Assembly (NCBI RefSeq): GCF_006345805.1
Contig: NC_043006.1
Location: forward strand, 14,694,001-14,758,000
Direction of reading: 5' to 3'
Origin: Octopus sinensis
Lineage: Eukaryota
DNA length: 64,000 nt
Part shown: positions 12,401-24,400 of the stretch, one piece after another
Numbering within the stretch: position 1 is the first letter of the stretch
How the letters are laid out: each line of letters begins with the position of its first letter
Made by a program: the position numbers and the translations under genes
The notes under the pieces: generated by a model
What the model saw: the letters and a program-made list of their open reading frames with translations, nothing else
What the model was told of the DNA's origin: nothing
The model's database searches: none

Positions 12401-15400
12401 TACCCACAAGGGGCTAAACACAGAGAGGACAAACAAGGACAGAGAAATGGATTAAGTCAATTATATCAACCCCAGTGCGTAACTGGTACTTATTTAATCG
12501 ACCCCGAAAGGATGAAAGGCAAAGTCGACCTCAGCGGAATTTGAACTCAGAACATAGTGGCAGACGAAATACTGCTAAGCATTTTGCCTGGTGTGCTAAC
12601 GATTCTGCTAGCTCGTTGCCTTATATCTTTCTTATCTCATTACCACTACCATCTGTTTTCTTTCTTGTTAGCTGGAGTAGCAATATATCTCCTCTGCAAG
12701 TCACCTGTTCCTGTCCTTTCACACTTAAACCTCTCAACATTTGGCATAAGCCACTTCCCTCAATACTGCACCACCCCTTAGTCGAGGGAAAGTGCTGCAA
12801 AAGAAGCACCCAATACACTCTGAAAAGTGGTTGGCATTAGGAAGTGCTTTGATCCATAAAAACTGGGCAAAAGCAGACTTTGGAGCTTGATGCAGTCCTC
12901 TGGCTCGTCAGATCCTGTTGAATGTTTTTTCATGTGCCATCAGCACAAGTGCCAGTAAGGCGATGCTGGTAACGATCAAGCTCGAATTGTGCTTTTTACA
13001 TGCCACCAGCATAGAAGCCAGTTAGCTGCTCTGGCAACGATCACGCTCGGATGGCGTAGTTTAAAAAGTTTACTTAGCAGTTACATAGTTCCAGCTTCAA
13101 TCCCACTGTACCGTCTATTGAACTGGTGTCTTCTCCTGCCTCCTCAGGCTGACTAAAATGCCTTGAGTAAAAATTAGCTTGACAACCATGCTTAGAAGGC
13201 AGGCATTAAATGGTGATGGTATATGTCTGTAATATGATATAATATATTGTTTCCCTTGTTTTCTAGGCTTTCGGTGCTCTTCCTGATTTGAACACTATTA
13301 AAGCTATTCAGAAAATAGCCTGGTCATCATGCACGGGTTCTTTGCATTTGGTTCATGACTCTAATGAAGAAATTCATCGGATTGTTGAAAAGGTAAGGAC
13401 TGTGTACTTGCTTCTGTCATCTTTGTTATTTTTTAAAAATTATTATTTTTAAAAATTGTTGTTTCTAAATCAAGACAATACACAGATGAATGAATGTATG
13501 TTTATCTCATGATTTTTGCAAATACGTTTTATGCAGGGTAAAGAAAACACTGAACCCGAAGACATTGAAGTTACCCGTGAAGCTTTAGAACTGCTTTCTG
13601 TATGCTTGGCACTTTGTCCTGCTGCTTTAGAGTCACTTAATAAAGACAAAGCATGGCAGATCTTCATCATCGATCTTCTCCTTCTTTGTAAAAACAGGTA
13701 TGTATTTGTGAATTCATAATCTTCAGTTTGTTTGTAATGTTTGCTAGTTTCCCTTCTTTTCTCTTAAGTTTGACTTGAAAAACAGGAGAAAAAAAACGTT
13801 TTTGTAAATTCTAATATAATATTGCAGTTTATTATTTGTTATTCATTTTGCATATTCATTTGTTATTTTTAGGGAGATCCGTACATGGGCTGCTGAGCAG
13901 TTTTTCCAAATGGCTACAAAATGTAGTAGTGGAAATCGACCTCTACCCTTCTTCATCACTTTGCTCTTTACTGTGCTGTCTGTAAGTAAACCCTTGATTT
14001 TGATAGGTTTTTGGTTTGTGGCAGTTTTGTTGGTACCTGCATAGCTGTCATCATCATCATCATCATCATTGTTTAACGTCCACTTTCCATGCTAGCATGG
14101 GTTGGACGATTTGACTGAGGACTGGCAAACCAGATGGCTGCACCAGGCTCCAATCTGATCTGGCAGAGTTTCTACAGCTAGATGCCCTTCCTAATGCCAA
14201 CCACTCCGAGAGTGTAGTGGGTGCTTTTATGTGCGGCAACAGCCACGATCGAAAAGGTGTTTTTTTACATGCCACTTGCACAGGAGCCACTCCAGTGGCA
14301 CTGGCAACGACTTCGCTCAAATGTTTTTTCATGTGCCATCAGCACAAGTGCCAGTAAGGCGATGCTGGTAACGATCAAGCTTGAATTGTGCTTTTTACAT
14401 GCCACCAGCATGGAAGCCAGTTAGCTGCTCTGGCAATGATCACTCTCGGATGGTGTGGTTTAAAAAGTTTACTTAGCAGTTACATAATTCCAGCTTCAAT
14501 CCCACTGTACTGTCTATTGAACTGGTGTCTTCTCCTGCCTCCTCAGGCTGACTAAATTCCTTGAGTAAAATTTAGCTTGACAAACCTGTGCAGTTATGTG
14601 TGATGATTATATAACACTTTTTGGTTATGCCCCATTTGTAACTCTATCTTATTTACCAAACTATTTGCTAAAACCAATACATCCTAAACAAATTCCCAAT
14701 TTTTAAATGATATTTTACAAAAATTATTAATTCATCATCATCATTATTGTCTAGCGTCCGTTTTCCATGCTAGCATGGGTTGGACGGTTCGACTGGGGTC
14801 TGGGAAGCCAGAGGGCTGCACCAGGCTCCAGTCTGATCTTGCAGTGTTTCTACAGCTGGATGCCCTTCCTAACGCCAACCACTCTGTGAGTGTAGTAATA
14901 TTATTGCTCTGGCTCTCTTATCACATCTAATTAAAAAGCTAAAAAGCCATATCAGTTTTTAATTCATCCAATCAGGAGAATAAATCCTTTTCTTTACCAA
15001 ATCCCTTGGCTTGATCTTATTTCATCATTTAAAGTTGTTTCATAGTTGCAAGTAATTTATCTGTTCCTTTCTCTGCGTATGTCTGTTTTGTCTTTGAACA
15101 ATAAAAACTATTTAGAGATTTCAATAACTGTCAAAACTGTTAATGAAAAATATCAAAAGTCAATTTGTATTTCATTTCAGAGTACAGTGAAGGAAAATGC
15201 AAAGCAAGCACACGAATATTTTCATTTATTGTGTCGGTATGTTAATGTTATTCTCTTATTTCAATAACTGCTACAATAACAGAAATTATCCTTTTGTTTT
15301 TCCCCAAAACTTCTATAGCAATTTTATAGAAAAAGTAATCTTAGTGAAAGTAAGCTCAGGAGTTGGTAGTCATTGAAATTTTATAAATGTAAACCTGTTT

Positions 15401-18400
15401 TATTGCATTAGATTTCCACACATCAAAGAGCTGTATCTCTACTTAGAACCTACTGTTTTAAATTCGCTCAAAACTGCAATGTCAGTTTGTTTTGATTGAG
15501 TTCTGTTTTACTGTAAATGTACTGAGCAAGAACATTGATTTTAAACAGAAAGTAACCAGAGTACCAAGGCTTTCTTTAATTATTTGGTACTTCTAGTGGA
15601 ATTTACTAAAGTCATGCAATAACTTAACTTATTATGGTAACTAAATATACACAGTTGACCAGTTGATTTCATTAACTTAAGATTGATCTAGCCCTTTCTC
15701 TGTGAATGACAGATATATGACAGTGTAATAATAGTTTCTTGGTGTGTTTTGATATCAAATTACAAGTTCTGTCTTTAGCCCCCGGTCAGCTCTGAGTGAA
15801 CGCAACGGCATTCAAGTCATATCCATCCCATCCTTTTTATGTTCATTGATTAGAACTACATTAGCCAATGTGTCTGCCCCCTTTTTAAAGCAAAAGTGTA
15901 ATTTGAAAACCCATAGCTCATTTAACACATTTTTGTTTGGTCACTAAATGTTTGCTTCCTTCCTTGAGATGTCTCTTCTTAAACATTACCTCTCCGTCAT
16001 CCTGTCACCGTTTCTCTTCCATTATTCCCTCTCCTACCACCCTCTTTTTATTATTACTCTGTCTCTCTTATTTCTTCATTGCCCACAAGGAGCTAAACAT
16101 AGAGGGGACAAACAAGAACAGACAAAGGGATTAAGTCAATTACATCAACCCCAGTGTGTAACTGGTACTTAATTTATTGACCCTGAAAGGACGAAAGGCA
16201 AAGTCGACCATGGCAGAATTTGAACTCAGAATGTAGTGGCAGATGAAATACTGCTAAGCATTTCGCCCGGCATGCTAACGTTTCTGCCAGCATGCCGCCT
16301 TATTACTCTGTCTCTCTTATCACATCTAAATTCATACTCACCCTCTTGAATTGATCATTTTTTGCCTTGAATGAATAGTGGCAACATACAGTAAAGTGGG
16401 ACTCTTTCCTCTTGCAGAAGACAAGACAAAGTCTCTAGTTGCTGGTGCTGTGGTAAAATGCACTCAGTAGATTCTTTGAAGTGGTTGATCAATGATCAGA
16501 ATTTAGTCTTGTTGCAGATGTAACAGTCTCTTTTCTGTCGCTGTCATTTTAAAATGAACCCAGTACACTCTGTAAAGTTGTCTTCCAATCCATGTAGGAG
16601 AGCAGTAACAACAGATAAGAAATGACTTAAACTGTGATGATCTATCCAACACATACTGGCATGAGGTTTATGTAAAATGATGGTGAACGATGATAAGTAA
16701 ATTTATAAACCTTCTAGTTGATCTGGAAATATTTGTTTCAAACAAATGTTTTGTTTGACTTAATATTTGCAATTAAATTTTGTATTGTGTGTTCAGCTGT
16801 TTCTCATTCAAAATATTCTGTTAAATGTAGTTCTTATCTATTCACATCGTTTTGGATTAATCCTGCATTACCTCGTGGCTTTGAGATTTTAGTGATGTGA
16901 CTGTTTATTTTTTGAATGACATTGTAGGATTGGTGAGAGAGTTTGGATCTAGTCATTTCCAACATATGTAGAATATTGGGGCCAGATATTACCACTTTAA
17001 ATGCCAAGGGGCTTAACTTAAATTTGTTTTAAATTTTTAAAAAATTTGATTATATTGATTGTAAAATAACATTCTTTTGGTTTTACCTTCAGGCTACTCA
17101 ATCATGCTTATAGTAGTGAAGTTAGTTTACCAAACGCTGAAACTTTATTGAATAATGAAATAATCTGGTTGAAGAAAATTCGTGTAAGTTTACTTGTTCT
17201 TTCAAAATGTATTTAAATCTCTGGCACCGGCTATTTTAAATGAAGTTGTTCTGTCATTTGGGAGATATTGTGTGCACAGTAGATAGGAATCTCTAACTAT
17301 GCAGGTATTCTTTGTAACTGCATGATTTTGGGTTCAGTTGCCTTGGGACTATAGTGTAAGCTCTGAGATGATCAATACCATATAAGGGAATTTGGCAGAT
17401 GGAATCTGTAGAAAGCCCATCATGTAATATATATATATATATATATACATACTAGCATAGCCCAGCGTTGCTTGGGCTTGTTTTCTTTTCAACCCTTTAG
17501 AATTGGAATTTTTGAAAAGTAAAAATTTTGCATTATGTAGCTTGTTATTCTCTTTGTGTGAACATTTTTCTGGTTGAAATACACCGAAAAATGGTGACAC
17601 AGCAGTAAAAAAATCGTAAAAATGGGGTTTTCATAGAAAAAAGGCACCTTTTTTATGTAAATAATTTTTGGTCTTAACATGGTCTGATTTGAATTCTTTC
17701 TTCTATGGAAGGAAGAGCAAGCCTTCTTCTATCATACTCTCAATTTTGGTCAACTTGCGCCGCAGGGTCTTGGAGGAGATAGTGTTAGTTGAAGGCTACC
17801 AAACCTGCCATACACAGACAACTTCAGTTTTATATCTATATATATATATATATATATATAGGTATAGTAAAAGATAAAAGGATCATTTAGACAGATCAAG
17901 GCAAATCAACAGTGAAGCAGACTGCAAGTTTTAGCTAAAGAGAATAACTCGAAAAACTTACGTAAATAAACCATTCAGATTAGGGATTAAGTTGAAAGGA
18001 TATTTCACTGGTATCCAGTATTCTGCAAATCCAAAAGTATCCAAGATTTACTGGTGTGTTTAATGCAGTGTAATTACAGTGATAAAGATGAAACGAATGG
18101 ATAATTTGGGTGCTACTGTCTGTATTTCGATAGCAAACATTTATTAACACATTGCATCATACATTTTGGTATACATTAATATAAGATTACACAATAATGT
18201 TTACTTAATGCCACTTTGTCAGGTAATACTCCATTAGAGGTTCATTAGGTGAAATGCTTTGATGGGATTATAGTAGTTTAATCCTTAAAATGGGAGTATA
18301 CATTAGCTTTATGTAAACTACCTTAACATACACTCAATTTTTACTTTGTCTTTTCTGTTGAAAATAATGAATTTGTTTTGCATGTGAAGTTTGATTTTGA

Positions 18401-21400
18401 TTGGTTACTGGCTCTACACAAGCACTACTGTCTCTAAATGAATCAAATTATATATTTAATTATCTTTTATTTGAAAATTTCTTATGCTACCATAATTTCG
18501 TTGGTACATAATCACCTAATAAACCCCTAATGAAGTATTGCCTTCAATGTTAAGGAAACCTGTTACTGCATAATCTTATATAATTTCACACATTATTGCA
18601 TGCCAAATCATGGTATGATGTGTTAATAAACTTTTGCTACTGAAATATGTATAGTAATATCCAAATTATCCATTCATTTCATCTTTATTACTATTTTATA
18701 TATACTTTACTTGACATGAGATAAACACATTCCTTACTTCAAAAACATGTAAGGGTTGGTAACAGGAAGAGCATTTGACTGTAAAATTCTAACTCAGATA
18801 ATTTCTGTCCAAACCCATGCTAGCATGGAAGGAATCAGATACTAACAAATAATTACTGACTGTTTGTAGATTTGATTTGGTGATAAAAGTACAGGAAAAA
18901 TTGTGGATGATGTCAATAAAATAATCATAACATTTGATTGTTAAAGTAATTTTTGAAATAGGCACCATACCTTGGTTTTACTGCATAAACCTGCTAGGAT
19001 AATTTGAATCAGGGTGAAATTACATATTATTACCATTTATACATCATCATCGTTTAGCGTCTGCTTTCCATGCTAGCATGGGTTGGACGGTTCAACTGGG
19101 GTCTGGCAAGCCCGAAGGCTGCACCAGGCCAGTCAGATCTGGCAGTGTTTCTACAGCTGGATGCCCTTCCTAACGTTCAAAACGTTAGAAAATGTTAGCT
19201 AATGTATACTCCCGTTTTGGGGATTACAATACTATAACGTTAGAAAATGTTTGCATTCTAATTAAACTTTATAATAATAATAATAATAAAACATTGTGTA
19301 CAGTGCTCAGGTGCACTACAACTCATCTAAAGTGTATGTATAATCAGGTGTAGTTTCGGCGGATTTTGGAAAGCATGAGGACCTTAAAGGATGCAGTGTC
19401 ATAGCAGTCAACAACTGACGCAGGCAGTTTGTTCCATGCTTCAGCAACTCTGAGCGTGAAAAAATGTTTCCGAAAGTCATGGGAGCTGTGTTGTTTTCTG
19501 ACTTTGTAGGCATGTCCACGTGTGTTGGACACATGGAGATCAAAAAGGTGTTCAGTGTTGTTGTTGGTGTAAGAGTTGGGAATAAAGCTAAAAAGAGACA
19601 AAATTTAATGCTAATTATTAAAGTAATGAAGGATATTCTTGTTAGTTCCCTCTTTTAAAAGTCAACTCCTTTTTGAAATGTTTCTTTTAACCCTTTCGTT
19701 ACCAACCCGGCTGAAACCGCCTGTGGCTCTGTCGTACAAATGTCTTGTTTTCATAAGTTCTGAATTATAATCTTCCACCAAACCTTAGTCACAATTTATG
19801 TTCCTAACACCAGCTTAATGATAACGAAGTTATTTTACTAAATTCTTTGTTGTATTTAAAATAATTGAAAGAAACACAGAACATCTCAACAGAAATGCGG
19901 TAACAAAAGGGTTAATAATTAAAAAATGTGTCCATAGTATGTCTATTGACTTGATCTAAGTTGTATCTTGATTGTGAAAACACAGACTAATATGGGTATT
20001 TATTTACTTTTCCAGGAGCAAGCTTTGCCCCAAACTGAGATCCAGGTTGATAATGCATTATTGGAAGGACATTTGGGAATTACCAGAGAACTTCTCTCAT
20101 TCCAGACTCCAGACAAGAAATTTCACATTGGTGCAGAAAAAGGAGGTTTAGATCTCATCAGAGTATGTGTCCACATTCCTTTCGTTATTGATTTTTGGCA
20201 ATTTCTGCTGCTTTTACCATGTTGCACTAAAATAAAGAAATTCATGAATGAGTAAATTTTCTTCATATGCTATTTTCAGGAATTAGTAGAGGATTTCATC
20301 TTTCCCGCTTCTAAGATTGTAGTTCAATGTCGAAAACTCAATGACTTTCCACCAGAGCAAGCTGTTCCTGTATGCACCACTCCAGCCACTGTTACGGCAG
20401 CATTTGATTTGTTAGTTTCCTTATGTACACGCTGTGTGAAAAACCTCAAGTGTTTGGCCAATATGCTAATAGACATGTTTTACACAGGTTGGTATTTTTG
20501 AAACTCTTGAAAAAAATTCTAACATGATTATCCCATCTCCATACTGAGCTACGTCTTTCTCTGGTGTTGTTACTCTTACATGGCATATGTCTTTAATTAA
20601 TATCTTAATTTTGGTTATATTTAAACTTTAGGTCATTCGTTTGTGTTAATTTTAAAAACTTCATGTGCAATTCTTTCTGTGCTTCTAAGATGGGAATGGC
20701 AGAAACGTTAGCATGCCGCGTGAAATGCTTAGTGGTGTTTCGTCTGCCGTTATGTCCTGAGTTCAAATTCCGCTGAGGTCGACTTTGCTTTCATCCTTTT
20801 GAGGTTGATAAATTAAGTACCAGTTACGCACTGGGGTTGATGTAATCGACTTAATCCATTTGTCTGTCCTTGTTTGTCCCCTCTATGTTTAGCCCCTTGT
20901 GGGTAGTAAAGAAATAGGTAGGTGCACTATAGTCTTGAACTTTTTGAGTACATGTATAAAAAGATGATTGTGAGTGTAGTTTGGTAGACAACTTGGTGGG
21001 CACATTATTGATCTTACTCTGTTTTTAATGCTTTTATTATAATCTAAACATGTTTTTTTGAACTGCTTGGTTGCCAGCTAGACTAGTGATCATAGGATCC
21101 TGTCAAAATCCTCGTTTAGGTTAACAATTGTAAAATAGTATTTCACTGACAGGTCATTCACCAGCAAAATAGCATCTGTGGTTCCATTCTCTGCTACAAA
21201 CCTGTGCTCCATTTTATCTAATCCAGATGTATCTTGTATTTTATTTAACACCTATGATCATTCTCTTCCTCACCTACTAAACGTGAATAGCCATGCAACT
21301 CCTTCAAAGAACCTGCTCTTCTCCTTCCTCTCTCACACTTCAGCCCTAGCATAAGGCAATCTGCACTTCCTTTGTAGTCTTGCAAGCTGCACAGTAACCT

Positions 21401-24400
21401 CAGTAGTGCTGGTGGCACGAAAAAAACACCCAGTGCATGATGTAAAGTGTTCGGCATTAGGAAGGGCATCTAGATATAGAAACCATGTCAAAGCAGACAT
21501 CAGTTATTAACCCAATGACTTGTTCAAATTCCTTGAAATTTCCAGGCACAGGAAACCCAGATAGTGGCTACAATCTGTGAGGGGCATTTTAGTATTTTCC
21601 CTAAATAATGTGACTGAGGAATTGTAACTCAGTCACAGTGAATTTTGTTTTTTAAGTTGTGAGAGAAAAGCCTCACCCACCTGTCCAAAAGAGAAAGCAG
21701 CAATCTTTGTTATTGTGTATGTAAAATTTTTGTTAGGGTTGGGAGCTAGGTTTACGTGGCTGGATGTTATTTTTTATCTGTCATCAAACAATTTACAATG
21801 AATAGTTGTTTTGTTTTTTTTTCAAATAGCTAAATCATTTTTTTCATTAACCCTTTTGTTAACCATATTTCTGTTCAAGTACACTGCTTTGTTTCAATTA
21901 ATTTTGAAAATAATGAATTTAATAAAATAATTGTCATTACGACATTGGTGATTGGAACGTAAATTAGCATTAAATTTTGATGAAAGATTTTTAGCTTAAA
22001 ATCATTTTAAAACAAGAAATTTGTATTAAAGAACCTGGGGCAGTCTCTTGTAGGCTGGTATCAAAAGGGTTAATATTCAGTATTTAATTTTGCTGATTTC
22101 TTCATTATCCTACAGTGTAAATTTACTGAGAATAATTGTATTTTAAAAACTATTTAGAGGCCATCTTATATAATCATTGTTGACATGAAAGTTATAATGC
22201 TTTGTGCTTCTTCCTTTAGTCAGAGAAAAAAATTAACTTTTTAAAAAATTTTTTATTTTCCAGATGAAATGTTCACTTTTTCAGAATTACCTCTAGTGGA
22301 ATGGGAGTTTGTACCCCCTGTGGGTCCAAGACCTCCTAAAGGTTTTGTTGGCCTTAAGAATGCTGGTGCTACATGTTATATGAATTCTGTTTTACAACAG
22401 GTTAGCCAACACTTGATTAAATTTTAAAGACTTTTTTTTTTAACAAAATCCCATGTAATGTCTCATCTAGCTTGAAAACAATGGAAAACAAACTCTCTAT
22501 TCAATGAAGATTTGTATCCTATATATTTTTCCTTTTCTATTAAGGATAAGTTTTTTAGTAAAATTGTAATGAATAAACAAAAGCTTTGTCGCTTTTTACA
22601 TATTTTATAAATATATTTTATTTTTATTATTTGATTAAAGATTGTTTTAACATCCATTTTTTTTCCATGCTAGAATACATTAGAGGGGGAGTTATTTGAA
22701 GCAGGATGCTCTTCCTGTCACCAACTCTTATCTGTTTTTCAAATAAGGGATTCTTATCTGCAGTTGTGAAAATGTTATGTTAGGTTGAGTTTTTATTCTT
22801 AATGAAAATATTGGCTTAAAATTACAATAAATCTTAAACCAAGAAAATAATCTTTTTAAGGAATTCAGTTTTAACTTGGTGGATTGAATCTGAGTATTTT
22901 TTTCCCCTCGGCACCACTTTTAGATGAAATAATATTTTCTAAAATTTCTTCTTTTCAGCTCTTCATGATTGAACAGATTCGTCATGGAATACTTGCTGTG
23001 GAAGGAGCAGCAGACGACATCGAGGATGAATATATAGGAGACGAGAAGGGGGAGAATGAGGTAAAATATTTTTGTGTTCACTTATATTTAGTAATGGATT
23101 CTTCTTCAACATGTTGTCCTACAAATATATACAGTTCAGTTTTCATTAGTTTCTATTATTGTCCATATTAATGTATTTTCAAAGAGTATGAAGACTTTCC
23201 AAAGCATGGTAACTTTAACTTTGTTCATAATTCTGCTGAAAATCATGTAATAATTAGTGAAATAAAAAATGCTCTTCCTTTCTAGCTGCATCCCAGTTAC
23301 TCTTGTCCTCTCTTCAATAATGTGAATAGTTATATAACCCTCATACTTTAATCTCTCATATCCTATCTTAGAGCTTCCTTCATTCATTGCTATAGTTCCA
23401 CTCAGTCAAAGGCATCTTAGTTCTGCAGGCTGTATGGCAGCCTCACTAGCGCTGATGCCACAAACGAAGCACCCTGTACATACTGTAAATTGGTTGGCAT
23501 TAGAAAGGGCATCCAGTTATAGGAACCACGCCAAAGCAAACATGGGGCACAATACAATCCTCATATCCATTGGATCCTATCAAACTATCCAACTCATGCT
23601 AGCATGGAAGATGGACATTGAAAGATGATGATGATGACTTAAATGATCATGTTAAGATAATTTCCTTCTAAATATTTTTAAAAAATCACTGCCTTGACTA
23701 TAAACTGAAGATGTAATTTGAAAGATGAAAATACTACAATGCTATGCTTGATAGGTTACCAGTGACAACTTTAGTATCGTCTTCTCAGGATATAATACAT
23801 ACCAGTATTATACTGACTTAAATTCAGTATTGTTATGAGATTTGACAGGTAGTGATATTCTTTCATCATCATCATCGTTTAACGTCCGTTTTCCATGCTA
23901 GCATGGGTTGGACGGTTCGACCTGGGTCTGGGAAGCCAAGAGGCTGCACCTGGCTCCAGTCTGATCTGGCAGTGTTTCTACAGCTGGATGCCCTTCCTAA
24001 CGCCAACCACTCCGTGGGTGTAGTGGCTGCTTTTTACATGCCACCAGCACAGGGGCCAGAGGAGGCTGGCAAACAGCCACGATCAGCTGGTGCTTTTACG
24101 TGTCACCGACACGGACGCCAGTGAGGCGGCGCTGGCATCAGCCACGTTCGGTCAGTGATTTTTACGTGTCACCGGTACGGGTATCACAACTACAATTTCC
24201 ATTTGATTTTTATTTTGATGTTGGTGTTGAAGTACTTGACTCAATAGGTCTCCTCAAGAACAACGGGTCACTCGCTGTTCTTTACCGTTGTGAATTGACA
24301 GTAAAAGTAAAAGGGAGATGTATGCTGTGAAATTAAATGATTAAAATTCCGGATGATGTAATAAATTCATTTGGAAATATACTGACAGAATTACTTCAGG

